The translations under genes and the position numbers were made by a program. Under the pieces are notes generated by a model. The model had not been told where the DNA came from. It ran no database searches and saw nothing but the letters and a program-made list of their open reading frames with translations. This document shows, one piece after another, positions 11,899 through 22,043 of a stretch of 64,000 nt of DNA (position 1 is the stretch's first letter; every line of letters starts with the position of its first letter). Where the stretch lies: contig OZ242180.1 of assembly GCA_965205485.1 (NCBI GenBank), positions 1,376,001 to 1,440,000 of the forward strand. Reading direction: 5' to 3'. The stretch is from Candidatus Latescibacterota bacterium (GTDB taxonomy: Bacteria > Latescibacterota > UBA2968 > GCA-2709665).

Positions 11899-12223
11899 CG
11901 ACCGTGTAAGCCTCGTGGATATGCTTATATACGCAAGAGAGGCCGTTGGGTTACTAGGTGAGGCAACACTGGATGATATTGTCGAAGATCGAGTAAGACA
12001 GCTGGCGCTTACGAAATTGGTGGAGGTTGTTGGCGAAGCGGCCAGACGCGTTTCTGAGGATACTCGCCGGCAAAACGATTCGATTCCCTGGTCTCAAATT
12101 ATCGGGCTACGAAACCGTCTGGTTCACGGCTACGATGACGTTGACCTCGAAATCCTGCGATCCATAATCCGAAACGACATGCCGCAACTGATTGAGCATC
12201 TCGAGACGATCGTAAGTGAGTAA
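11885..12223 (+). CDS. HEPN/DUF86 ribonuclease toxin (HepT-like)
   Basis: GEAA..V, IPW...GLRNRLVHGY (RX4H) motif. Confidence 0.9.
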   Translation: MSRRDDRVSLVDMLIYAREAVGLLGEATLDDIVEDRVRQLALTKLVEVVGEAARRVSEDTRRQNDSIPWSQIIGLRNRLVHGYDDVDLEILRSIIRNDMPQLIEHLETIVSE

Positions 12224-12322
12224 GCGTAGAAACACAACGTGGCCAGACGGTTGAATGCTCATTGTATTTCCGAGCCTTTCAACTGCCTGGCCGCGTTTCT
12301 CTGTGATATCTGTTCCCTGCCG

Positions 12323-13060
12323 TCAGACGGAAACAGCGGACCGTGCGAAGGCGGAGGCGAGGACGTAGAGGATCCAGAGTCCGAAGACGCCCATCCCCGC
12401 GAGCTTTGTTCGAATCCCCGCAACAGCCCCCAGACCCACGGCAACCAACAGGTATTTCCAGACGGCGAAGACGGTGATCATGGTTAGGAAGTGGTCCGCG
12501 AAGCTCCCTTCCATGGATTCAGGCACTAGCAGACCCAGGCCAGGTTGTACCGATGGCGAATCCCATGCCGCGGTAATCAGCACCGTCACAATGGCGGCAG
12601 GGATGACCACCAGTGAGCTGTAGCTTACAACGGCCAGAATCTTTTTATACGTGCCGTCGCCGCCGAAGACGAAATTGGCGAGCGCGAGAAATATCAACCC
12701 CTGGACAAATATCGTCACGCCAGTCCCGATAGAAGGGAGGACTACGGCGCCCAGGCCCATCACCCTCTGCGCGCTTTCCAGGGCCAGCGCCCGTTGTTCT
12801 TCCGTAAGGGATTCATCCTGCGCGAGCCGCTCCTGCATGGCCTCCATCCCGGCCGTCTGCGCGGCGGGCATGAGCTGGTACGCCGAAATCATGCCCACGA
12901 CCACGATGATGATCATTGGAAGATACCAATCCCGGTGATCGACCTGTGCGTTAACAGCGGCGAATGTCCGACCGGGTGAGATCAAGGCTCCGATCATCCT
13001 GCTGACGATACCCATCTCCTCTCCGCTCTCCACGTCCTGTGCCTCTGTAGATTCTTCCAT
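12323..13060 (-). CDS. Yip1-family membrane protein
   Basis: LISPGRTF N-terminal pattern, about five TM helices, FGGDGTYKKILAVVSYS. Confidence 0.8.
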   Translation of the reverse strand: MEESTEAQDVESGEEMGIVSRMIGALISPGRTFAAVNAQVDHRDWYLPMIIIVVVGMISAYQLMPAAQTAGMEAMQERLAQDESLTEEQRALALESAQRVMGLGAVVLPSIGTGVTIFVQGLIFLALANFVFGGDGTYKKILAVVSYSSLVVIPAAIVTVLITAAWDSPSVQPGLGLLVPESMEGSFADHFLTMITVFAVWKYLLVAVGLGAVAGIRTKLAGMGVFGLWILYVLASAFARSAVSV

Positions 13061-13295
13061 TGTTTTCTCCTCCGAGTACGGACCTCACTTCTTCAGCTTG
13101 CCCTGACAAAACGAAATGCGGACGTCCCAGGTAATATAAACTCTCAGGCACAAAATACAATGCCGATACCGCGACCTGACGTTCGCCCACCGGGCGGTTT
13201 ACGGCTTGCGGGAGACAGGATGATTAGGCAAAATGGGGGACTCGTAGACGCGAAGTGATGTGAATTTGCCATGCGACCTGAAAGGGGTGAACGAA

Positions 13296-16274
13296 ATGTC
13301 AATCGGGAAAGAGCGAAGCCGACTCGTGAGCGCTTCGATGCGATCGAATGCGCTGGCCAATGCGGCGCGACACGATTGGGCGCGCGAACAGCAGGAACGC
13401 GCGATTGCGGCAGCCGACGAGTGGGTGGGCTGTACGGACGAAGCATTGTGGGAAATGGTGACCGCACAGGAGCTGCCGCGGACAGTCTACACGAACGAGG
13501 GCGTGACCTATAAGGGCCAGCAGCCGTACTGCCCCGGCTGCGGGGAGGAAGCGCCGGCGAAATCGGGGCGCGAATGGTGGGAATTCGACGACGCCAGGCC
13601 GTGGAAGATCTGGTGCGAGCATTGCAAGGAAGTCTATCCGAAGAACGACTTCGGGGCGTTCTACAGGACCGCCCTGGACGCGCACGGGATGTTCAGGCGC
13701 GAGTTGGGCGACCGGTCGCTGCTATTCAACGCAGATCATCCCGATCCGTCCGATCCCCGGCACGAACTCTACGTGGACGACGGATACGGGATGTTCGACG
13801 AACAGGGTAACCGGCACGATATGATCGCGTACTACAATTACGAAGCCGTGTGGCGCCGGATACAGCGAGGCGTTGCCGCGCTGGCCGAAGCGTACGCGCT
13901 CACCAGTGACCGACGCTACGCCCACAAGGCGGGTGTGCTGCTGGACAGGATCGCCGACGTCTACCCGGAGATGGACTACCTGCCGCTGCACGAACTGGGA
14001 TTTCAGCACAGCCAGGGCGGGTCGGGTAGAGGCCGCATTGAGGGTTGCATCTGGGAAACCTCCGTCGCGCAGGGCCTTGCCCGCAGCTATGATCTCATCT
14101 TCGACGGTATTCAAGGCGACGACGACCTGGTGGCGTTCTGCTCGGACAAAGCCGGACGATTCGCCCTGGGGGACAAGAGCAGCATCGGCGCAATCTGCGG
14201 GCATATTCACGAACATCTGCTGCTGGAGGCGCTCGCATCGGTGAAGGATGGGCGGATCAATGGCAATACGGGCATGAACCATTCCTCCCTGGCAACCGCG
14301 GCGATCGCCCTGGACGAACCGGATTCGACGCCGCAGTGGCTGGACTGGCTGTTTCATCCGGGGTTTCCAGGTGAACACGCAGCGCAGAAGGACCCGGTGA
14401 CCTGGGTGTTGACTGAAGGGCTCGACAGGGACGGCATGGGCGGCGAATGCGGCAGCTACGGGCTCATCTGGACCCGCCACATGCGGGAACTGGCGCAGAT
14501 TCTGTCCGTGTATCCTGAGTACACGAAACACAATCTCGTCGCGGATTACCCCAAGCTCAAGCAGGCATTTCTCGTGGAATCCCGGTTGAACGTGCTGGAC
14601 GGCATGATGCCCAATACGGGTGACAGCGGCGCCGTGGGCGCATGGGGCAGGCAGGGCGATGCCGCGACCTATGCGCGGGCGTACAGGCTGTACGGGGACC
14701 CGCGTTTCGCATCGCTGGCCTGGCAGGAGCACGCCGATCACGGTTCCACGCTGCGTCTGGACGACGACATATTCCTGGAGGACCCGGATGCGCTGATCCG
14801 GGAGATTCGGAAAGTCGGTCAACAGGGTGCGGGCACCCTTACGAGCGAACACTTCGGCCGGTACGGGCAGGCGCAGTTGCAGACCGGAAGTCCGAAAGAC
14901 GGTCGCGCCGTGTTTGTCCATTACGGACAGGGAAAGGGTCACTCCCACCACGATTGCCTCAACCTGGGACTGCTGGCGAAAAACGTGGCGATGATTCCGG
15001 ATCTCGGATATCCCGAATATACCGGGACCTGGCCGAAACGGCACGCGTGGACGGCCAACACGATCAGTCACAATACGCTGCTGGTGGGAGATACGAGGTC
15101 GGCATACAGTCCGGGCGGGCAGATCGAAACCTTCGCCGCCGAACCGCCGTTGCGCGCTATCCAGGTGGATGCGCCGGACGCCTATGAAGGGATGCGAACC
15201 TACCGGCGTACGGTTGCGCTGGTGGACGTGGACGAGGACAACAGCTACGTACTGGACGTGTTCCGGGCGCGGGGCGGGACCAACCACCGGTTGTCCTGGC
15301 ACGGCGCCGCCGAAGCGGCGCATGTTGACGGCCTTGATCTTGACCGGCAGGAAGGCGGTACGTTCGCAAGCCCGGACGTTCCGTTCGCGACGCTGGACGG
15401 GGAGAACGAGGACTACTACAAGGAGAGCGGCTTCACGTACCTCTACGACGTTGCGCGCTCGTCAGGGGCCGTACAACAACCTTACACCGTAGACTGGAAG
15501 ATCGAAGATATCCGCGGCCGGATCCCGGAGGGCGGCGAACCCCATCTTCGTCTCCACGCGCTCACGTCCTGCGACGAGGTCGCGCTGGCGACGGGGGATT
15601 CGCCCCGCAGGCTGCAGCGGCCGAGATATCTCATCCAGAGCAGGCTGGGCGAGGAGATGCAAAGCCGGTTTGTCAACGTCCTGGAACCCTACGACGCCAA
15701 TCCGTACATCGTTCGGATAAGCGAACTGGAAGTGCGACACGGAGGAGATGCCTGCGCCGCCGCCGCCGTGGCCGTGGAATTGGCCGAAGGTCGAAGGGAC
15801 GTCCTGATCAGTTGCGAGGAGCCGATGGACGTCGAGGTGGAAGGCGGGATCAGATTCAACGGGATGTTCGGAATGATCCGGCAGAAGGGCAATGAGGTTC
15901 AGTTGATGCGAATGATCGGCGGTACATGGCTCTCTTCAGGGGCCGCTGAACTGAAGTCGGAACGCGCATCCTGGCGCGGGAAGGTGGCGCGGATCGACGC
16001 GTCCGACCCCGCGAACAACCTGGTTGACCTGGATCCGCCTCTTCCGCGGGACCCAGACCTCGCCGGGCGCACGATCCACTTCATGAACGACCTGCCGATG
16101 GACACGAGCTACAGAATCGCGGCGGTCACGAAAGACGGGGTCTCGACCGGCGACATTACGATTGTCAGGGGACTCAGAGAGGGTACCGACCTCGCCAGCG
16201 GGTACACGTACCTGGTCAATCCCGGGGATGAATACGTTGTGCCGACGATCACAGGGGTGGGAGCAAGCACGTAA
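13296..16274 (+). CDS. Heparinase II/III-like protein with N-terminal CxxC..CxxC ribbon
   Basis: GHSHHDCLNLG, PDLGYP, TISHNTLLV; CPGC...CEHC; RBS before ATG 13296. Confidence 0.8.
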   Translation: MSIGKERSRLVSASMRSNALANAARHDWAREQQERAIAAADEWVGCTDEALWEMVTAQELPRTVYTNEGVTYKGQQPYCPGCGEEAPAKSGREWWEFDDARPWKIWCEHCKEVYPKNDFGAFYRTALDAHGMFRRELGDRSLLFNADHPDPSDPRHELYVDDGYGMFDEQGNRHDMIAYYNYEAVWRRIQRGVAALAEAYALTSDRRYAHKAGVLLDRIADVYPEMDYLPLHELGFQHSQGGSGRGRIEGCIWETSVAQGLARSYDLIFDGIQGDDDLVAFCSDKAGRFALGDKSSIGAICGHIHEHLLLEALASVKDGRINGNTGMNHSSLATAAIALDEPDSTPQWLDWLFHPGFPGEHAAQKDPVTWVLTEGLDRDGMGGECGSYGLIWTRHMRELAQILSVYPEYTKHNLVADYPKLKQAFLVESRLNVLDGMMPNTGDSGAVGAWGRQGDAATYARAYRLYGDPRFASLAWQEHADHGSTLRLDDDIFLEDPDALIREIRKVGQQGAGTLTSEHFGRYGQAQLQTGSPKDGRAVFVHYGQGKGHSHHDCLNLGLLAKNVAMIPDLGYPEYTGTWPKRHAWTANTISHNTLLVGDTRSAYSPGGQIETFAAEPPLRAIQVDAPDAYEGMRTYRRTVALVDVDEDNSYVLDVFRARGGTNHRLSWHGAAEAAHVDGLDLDRQEGGTFASPDVPFATLDGENEDYYKESGFTYLYDVARSSGAVQQPYTVDWKIEDIRGRIPEGGEPHLRLHALTSCDEVALATGDSPRRLQRPRYLIQSRLGEEMQSRFVNVLEPYDANPYIVRISELEVRHGGDACAAAAVAVELAEGRRDVLISCEEPMDVEVEGGIRFNGMFGMIRQKGNEVQLMRMIGGTWLSSGAAELKSERASWRGKVARIDASDPANNLVDLDPPLPRDPDLAGRTIHFMNDLPMDTSYRIAAVTKDGVSTGDITIVRGLREGTDLASGYTYLVNPGDEYVVPTITGVGAST

Positions 16275-16283
16275 AATTCCTCA

Positions 16284-16315
16284 CACAAAGACACAAAGGC
16301 ACGAAGGCACAAAGG
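16284..16315. repeat. Octamer tandem repeat CAC(A/G)AAG(A/G) x4
   Basis: cacaaaga cacaaagg cacgaagg cacaaagg. Confidence 0.8.
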
Positions 16316-16360
16316 AAAGGCGGGCGACCACAAGGTTCTGCAACGGCTTCCGATGTCTCC

Positions 16361-16920
16361 CTATTTCATCCTCTCATAGTCCGCGCGGGTAATCTCAAAA
16401 TCCAGTACCTTCCCGCCGTCCACCTCTCGTGCAGCGGTCAGGCCCAGGGACCGCCACAATGCAGACTGAACGTGGATTGTCCGCTGCTCACGTCCATCGG
16501 GCAGAAGCGGTCGATTCCCAGTTCTCCAAACGCGAACGCCATCAGACAGCGTACGACCTCTTTTCCGTACCCCCGACCCCACAACGCCTTGTCCCAGATC
16601 CCGATGGGCAGGCGCATCACCTTCTCGCCCGCGACTTCCCCACGTTCCAGGTTCATCCACTGAAGACACGCTTCGCCGATGGCGCGGCCGCTCGCCTTTT
16701 CAACAATGGCAAACAGGAATCCCTGTTCCGCCATCGCTTTGCCGGCCCCTTTGAGATACTCGCTCGTGACGGGTTCGCCGGGCGGGTCCCCTTCCATTGC
16801 ATTCAGGAAATCGGGGTCTCGATAAAAGGGAACGGCCAGATCGAAATCCGGCTCATCGAATGGCCGCAGACTCAGGCGCGGCGTTTCCAGGTGAAGGTTG
16901 TGACCTGCGAAGTTGCCCAT
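16361..16920 (-). pseudogene. GNAT (RimJ/RimL-like) acetyltransferase with two +1 frameshifts (or sequencing errors)
   Basis: LETPRLSLRPF, WGRGYGKE; removing bases near 16485 and 16463 restores DVSADNPRSVALWRSLG. Confidence 0.75.
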
Positions 16921-16970
16921 TCTCACGATCCCACTTTTCACTGTACCAGGGCTGGTTCCGGATCTCGACT

Positions 16971-17963
16971 CTACGCCGAACACGCCAGTTCCATCCCGTC
17001 TTCGACGTCCACGGTCACGCGCAGAACGCCCGGGCGGACGAGGGAGGCGGACATCGGCTGATTGTTGACGCGGACCCGGGGATACCGGCACCACGCCGCG
17101 GGTACGTCGGCGTCCAGGGTGAGCGCGCGGCACGTCACCCGGTCTGACAACCCGTCCAGGTTCAGACGATAGCGCTTTTCAACGTCCGTGTCGACGAGGG
17201 TTGTAACTGTCGTATGGCGGCGGGTGAGATGGTAGAAGGTGGCTTCCTCGGGCACGGCGCACCACACGTCGTCTCCGCCTTCCTCGACAACGGCATCGAA
17301 ACGGCGCCGAAGCTGGTCCGCCGTGCAGTCCTTGTTCCGATGGACCGCCTCATCCAGCGGGCAATGGCAATAGTCGATGATCCATCCGTTGTCGGCCTGC
17401 GCATGGCGTATGTTCCGGTACGGATCGAACTCGCTGTAGAAGGGTTCGTAAAACTGGTCATGCAGGGCCGTTCGGTTCAGCCAGAAGAGTTCGTCGACGG
17501 GCCGGTTGAGCGCATCCGTCAGACTCATCGCGCCCAGGTAGCCGTACTCGCGGCACGCTTCCAGTACGTGGTCCGCCATATTCGTATTGTTTCCCGGCGA
17601 GCAGTAGAGGTCAACCGGTCCGTCGATGGCCTCCTCCAGCACCTCCTTCGCCTCCCGCAACTCCCGGTCCAGCATATCCGGCCGTATGACTTCGTGGCTC
17701 CACGAATGGTTGCCCACGCCCCAGCCGCGGTCGACCATCTCCTTCATTTCCTTACCGGTCATATGCCTGAAACCGTTGTAGCTGGAAGCGCCGAGTTGCC
17801 GGATTTCGCCAATGTGGCCCGCTACCGCCTCCATGTGCCCCGGAATACCGAATGCTTCATGGATCGGCACCGCGCGCTCGTGCAGTTCGATCAGGGCTTC
17901 GTCGTACGTAATCGAGTAGACCCATTTCTTTCCGTGTTTCCAGTCACAGATCCTGATCGCCAT
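16971..17963 (-). CDS. Polysaccharide deacetylase-like (NodB-fold) protein
   Basis: SITYDE, GWGVGNHSWSH motifs. Confidence 0.75.
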   Translation of the reverse strand: MAIRICDWKHGKKWVYSITYDEALIELHERAVPIHEAFGIPGHMEAVAGHIGEIRQLGASSYNGFRHMTGKEMKEMVDRGWGVGNHSWSHEVIRPDMLDRELREAKEVLEEAIDGPVDLYCSPGNNTNMADHVLEACREYGYLGAMSLTDALNRPVDELFWLNRTALHDQFYEPFYSEFDPYRNIRHAQADNGWIIDYCHCPLDEAVHRNKDCTADQLRRRFDAVVEEGGDDVWCAVPEEATFYHLTRRHTTVTTLVDTDVEKRYRLNLDGLSDRVTCRALTLDADVPAAWCRYPRVRVNNQPMSASLVRPGVLRVTVDVEDGMELACSA

Positions 17964-17976
17964 TGAATCACCCTTT

Positions 17977-18744
17977 CTAACCTGAATTCACGGCATCCAT
18001 GAACGCGTTGAACGTGGTGCTGAATCCGATCTTCCACTCGAAAATGTGGATGCCGTAACGCGTGGCAAGACGCTCGTCAAAGGTATCTGGACGTTCCACG
18101 CCCACCGTCCCGTCGCGCATCAATATGCATCGGTACCCGCGGGAGAGCATCGCCTGTCCGCCGCCTTCGGAACCCAGAACGCACATATCGGCCGCGAATC
18201 CCGTGTAGACCAGGGTGTCGATGTCATTGGCTTTCAGATATGCGTCCAATGTGTCGGTGTAAAAGACCATGGGCTCGTCGCCGACGGGGGACACGATTGC
18301 AGCCCGGCGCATCTTCGCGAGCGGCGAGTGCTTCATATAGTCGGGGCCGTGCGCACGGTCCAGCATTTCCTTCTGGCGGCCGGTGGGTTTCCAGACGTTC
18401 GACCTGTCCCGTCTGGACGGGATGTCCGGGTATTGTTCGTCCATCCAGTCGGCTTCCACGTGTACCACGGGAAGGCCGATCGCCCGCGCCGCGTCCATGG
18501 CCGGGCGCATCACCTCGCACATGATCCGGTACCCTTCCGCCGTGGCCTCGGGCCAGCCCAGGTCCACACAGTAGTCCATGTTCAGGGGAGGACCGTCGGG
18601 ACAGCCGATATTCCAGCAGTGCATGCCGATGAGGGCCGTTCGCCGGACGGGAAGCTCGAACGTGACCGATTCGTAACCGGGGTTGTCGATCGGCAGGGCG
18701 CGGTAGTAACGCGCGTTCAGATGGATGGTTGTGGCGTCGGACAT
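17977..18744 (-). CDS. Isochorismatase/cysteine hydrolase family protein
   Basis: AARAIGLPVVHV, IDTLVYTGFAADMCV. Confidence 0.75.
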   Translation of the reverse strand: MSDATTIHLNARYYRALPIDNPGYESVTFELPVRRTALIGMHCWNIGCPDGPPLNMDYCVDLGWPEATAEGYRIMCEVMRPAMDAARAIGLPVVHVEADWMDEQYPDIPSRRDRSNVWKPTGRQKEMLDRAHGPDYMKHSPLAKMRRAAIVSPVGDEPMVFYTDTLDAYLKANDIDTLVYTGFAADMCVLGSEGGGQAMLSRGYRCILMRDGTVGVERPDTFDERLATRYGIHIFEWKIGFSTTFNAFMDAVNSG

Positions 18745-18801
18745 TTCATGCGCCTTTCGGGAACGACGATGAGACTGGATGTTCGGCGGGGATACGCGGG
18801 G

Positions 18802-20673
18802 TCAACGCATCGGCCCTCGGCCGTGAATGAGAATGTCAACCGGGTGGGACAGCAGGACCAGGTCCTGGATGTCAAACTGCTCGAGCAGGCCGAAACAGAA
18901 CGAAACCGGTTCCTGCGTGTAGTCCACGCTCCAGTCGATAAGCCGGCGGAGCGTGTCGGGAAGGTTGGCGCGCAATGCGTCGACGCCCCGGGGCCGCAGG
19001 GCTGCCGCGCACAGGGCAATGAGGCCGGTGGAAAGGCCCTCAGTATTTATGTCGATGGAATTCGTGCCGGATGTCGACTCGATCCAGCGCCGCAGTGCCA
19101 GCAACTGCGCCGTACAGATACCCAGCGGACGGTCGCCGGCGGCGGCGATGCATTCCATAAACAGGTAGTGATACTCCCCGTCCGCGATAACCTGTTCGCC
19201 AAACGCAAGCAGGTCGGCTGCGAAAACGCGTTTGCCCGCCTCGAGCGCGTTCTTTACAGCCCTCGCAGCGCCGGCCCGGCCGTTTTCCGGGAGGACAAGC
19301 AGGACGTCGCTCGATCCCTGCGGATCGAATTCTGTGACGGGAACATTCCAGCGGTCCATTTTCAGAAGATGGTGCGAGATGCTTACGTCGGACAGCGTCC
19401 GTGACTTGAGGGCGGTTCGCGACTCCACCGCGTAAGCGGACGGCAGGCGGAGAACCCTCGAAAGGCGCCTTCGGTCCTGCTGCCTTGAATCGGCGGTCGA
19501 TCGTTTCTCCGGCAGGCGCCGGGCGAGATTTCCGGCGATCGAGAGGAACGTGGGATTGCCCGGCGGCAGCCCCACGTTGAGTTCCCACTCGGTGCGAATT
19601 TCGTCGTCGCACGGAATATCCTCGGTGCGGATGTCCAGCTCCCAGGATTTCTTCAGGAGTTCATATAAGCGCTCGCGGATGTCTTTCTCGTAGTTGTGGG
19701 TGCCCGGGTCTTCATTGGCGTAAAAACCGATGCGATCGGACGCGCCGAATCTCTCATAGACCTTTCGGGCGGGCGTATACAGGGCCGGCCGCATGAATTC
19801 CGGGCGAAATATGCTGTCATTGACGCTGTGTACAAGCAGCGCCGGACGGGGCGCAAACATGGCGGTGAGGGTGTCGTAATCCGCCACGGTGCAGAGATCG
19901 ACGGGCGTCTGTTCCAGGTCGCCGTGGTCCTGCCATCGCCTGGTCGCGCGATGCCAGATCGGAGAGTGTCCCGAAACCGGCACGGACACGCCGATGCGTT
20001 CATCGATTGCCGTGAGTACGGCCGTCTGCCATCCCCCGCCCGAGAGACCGGTCATGGCCACCCTGTCGGGGTCTGCGTGCTCGTGAGCGAGCAGAACGTC
20101 CAGACCGCGTTTCATCGCCAGGTACATGGCGCTGACACCCGCGACGCCGCACAGGTCGATGTGCGCCTGCTGCATGTGGTTGAGCGAGCCCTGCAGTTCT
20201 CCCATGCCGATGAATTCGAAGTTCAGGGCGAGCATGCCGCGTTTGGCCAGGTTGATACACCGTACCTGCTTGTAGTCCATGGCCTTACCGCCCCGATGAT
20301 GGCCGTTGGGGTTGAGCACGGCCGGTACCCTGCCTCGCAGATTCTCGGGCTCGTACAGCAGCGCGGGGATCCGCATGCCCGGATACCCTTCGTAATGGAG
20401 TTTCCGGATGCGGTAGCCGTTACCCTTGAGAACGCCCCGCCAGCGGACGTCCGGCGGACGATCGTTGACGTCCGAGTCGAGTCCGGTCAGGAAGACTTTC
20501 TTCAGGAGGTCCCTGCGAATCCTGGCGGTTCGGCTTTTCCACTCCGCGGGGGTCGCGGGCGGTTCCAGACGCGGCAGCTTTTCCACATAATAATCCATCA
20601 TAATGCGGGTATGCCGGTTGCGCAGGAGCTTTCGCGAGAGCGCGTGCGCGATCTGTTTGGACGTGAGAGGCAT
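18802..20673 (-). CDS. Alpha/beta hydrolase (acetylxylan esterase/dienelactone hydrolase-like)
   Basis: PAVLNPNGH, MTGLSGGGWQT nucleophile elbow, HNY. Confidence 0.8.
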   Translation of the reverse strand: MPLTSKQIAHALSRKLLRNRHTRIMMDYYVEKLPRLEPPATPAEWKSRTARIRRDLLKKVFLTGLDSDVNDRPPDVRWRGVLKGNGYRIRKLHYEGYPGMRIPALLYEPENLRGRVPAVLNPNGHHRGGKAMDYKQVRCINLAKRGMLALNFEFIGMGELQGSLNHMQQAHIDLCGVAGVSAMYLAMKRGLDVLLAHEHADPDRVAMTGLSGGGWQTAVLTAIDERIGVSVPVSGHSPIWHRATRRWQDHGDLEQTPVDLCTVADYDTLTAMFAPRPALLVHSVNDSIFRPEFMRPALYTPARKVYERFGASDRIGFYANEDPGTHNYEKDIRERLYELLKKSWELDIRTEDIPCDDEIRTEWELNVGLPPGNPTFLSIAGNLARRLPEKRSTADSRQQDRRRLSRVLRLPSAYAVESRTALKSRTLSDVSISHHLLKMDRWNVPVTEFDPQGSSDVLLVLPENGRAGAARAVKNALEAGKRVFAADLLAFGEQVIADGEYHYLFMECIAAAGDRPLGICTAQLLALRRWIESTSGTNSIDINTEGLSTGLIALCAAALRPRGVDALRANLPDTLRRLIDWSVDYTQEPVSFCFGLLEQFDIQDLVLLSHPVDILIHGRGPMR

Positions 20674-20715
20674 GCGGGCGGCTCCCGAAAGACAGCGCAC
20701 AAGAGCGCGAGCCGA

Positions 20716-21771
20716 TCAGTTCAGCAAATAGGTCTCGTACGGGTTCTGACAGGGGTTGTTCTTGCTCACGTGCATGCGGCCTGCATCGGTTTCGATGATC
20801 ACGGAGAACGTGGTCGCCCAGTACCCCGTCGTGGGATGATCGTTGGGATGGCGACAGATGGAGGTGGGATGGTCTTCGTGATCACTCAGGGCGGCTTTCA
20901 GGCTTTCGATTGCAAACGGGCGTTCCATTTCATTGAAGAGTTTCTGGATCCGGATTTTTCGGCCGCCCGACTGGATGAGTTCGGGAAAGACATCGTTGTT
21001 GTGAGCCAGTTCCGGATGCTCGCAGTGGTTTGTATGGGTCACCAGGCCAACGCCGTCGTCCCGGATCACGTGTACGTTTTCCAGGGTCACTTCCAGGTCC
21101 GCGGGCCCTTGCGGTGTGGCGAGAATGATGTTGGCGGGGATGGCGCGCCTCGCCCTTCGCACCGCCTGCACGGCGTCTTCCATAGTGGCCGTCTCGTAAA
21201 TGCCGCGGACCGTGAAGTAGTGCGGCACACCGACGGGGCGGGAGGGCGCGGGCAGCGTATTCAGGCAAAGCCCGATACCCTCGCTGTTCAGGCCGATGTA
21301 GGCGATGATGCCGGCCTGGGTAATGTTCAGGATGGCGGGCTTTCCTTCCGGACGGCGGGTGAGGACGATGGTATAGGGGTTGAGCCCGGGGTCGTTGTCC
21401 CAGTTCTGGCCCACAATATTGCCGTGTCCGGCGGGGGCGGTAAGTGAAAACGAAGTGCAGCCGGAATCCGCTTCCGCCTGAAGCTGATTTCGTACCTGGA
21501 GCATCATGAGATCGTCCATGGAGACGCCGGAGGACTCGGACGTGCCGCGCATCTCGTCGAGCATGTGGGGTGCGTACCGCTCCACGTACGGGATGCAGTC
21601 CCGGGCGACGCCCATCGCCCTTTCCACCGGGACGCTGACGCTCTTGTTCACGCGTTCAAGCGCGATATCCGCAAAGCCCCGCACTTCCTCGCGGGCGGCC
21701 TCGCCGATCTGCCGCCCCATCTCCAGCGCCGAGCCGGCGACTTCGATCTCACGGTATCGTGTGTCTGACAT
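20716..21771 (-). CDS. C45 family autoproteolytic acyltransferase/hydrolase
   Basis: GCTSF, GQNWD, GLNSEG, THTNH; start after GGAGG RBS. Confidence 0.88.
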   Translation of the reverse strand: MSDTRYREIEVAGSALEMGRQIGEAAREEVRGFADIALERVNKSVSVPVERAMGVARDCIPYVERYAPHMLDEMRGTSESSGVSMDDLMMLQVRNQLQAEADSGCTSFSLTAPAGHGNIVGQNWDNDPGLNPYTIVLTRRPEGKPAILNITQAGIIAYIGLNSEGIGLCLNTLPAPSRPVGVPHYFTVRGIYETATMEDAVQAVRRARRAIPANIILATPQGPADLEVTLENVHVIRDDGVGLVTHTNHCEHPELAHNNDVFPELIQSGGRKIRIQKLFNEMERPFAIESLKAALSDHEDHPTSICRHPNDHPTTGYWATTFSVIIETDAGRMHVSKNNPCQNPYETYLLN

Positions 21772-21827
21772 TCGGACCTCCTGGAAACCCCAAAGGCGGT
21801 TAGGGGCGAGAGGTAACACCGATGGCC

Positions 21828-21931
21828 GGGCGCCCACAAGGGACGCCCCTACAAAACCAAACGTCCACGAATTGAACTTTCCCGGTTCCGCGCCGATGAT
21901 GCATTTGTAGGGGCGTCCCTTGTGGGCACCC
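21828..21931. repeat. Inverted pair of GTAG-type REP palindromes (REPIN-like)
   Basis: GGGCGCCCACAAGGGACGCCCCTAC ... GTAGGGGCGTCCCTTGTGGGCACCC; same family at 36702, 40293 and 59256. Confidence 0.85.
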
Positions 21932-22043
21932 AGACAATGGCGCTGGCAACCGTGAGTTGATTTCGCCAGACCCAACCGCTAACCTGGTTCGGCTGAAGGC
22001 TGATGGCTCTGTAGGATGGGCTGGGGAGAGAGGTCTGCGGCGT

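Noticed and set aside
20716..21975. N-terminal extensions in the ORF track (C45 peptidase, creatininase, DUF4962 protein, YbjN, second Gfo/Idh/MocA, K2, K3)
   Set aside because: The extensions run through repeats or neighbouring features; downstream starts have an RBS and match family N-termini
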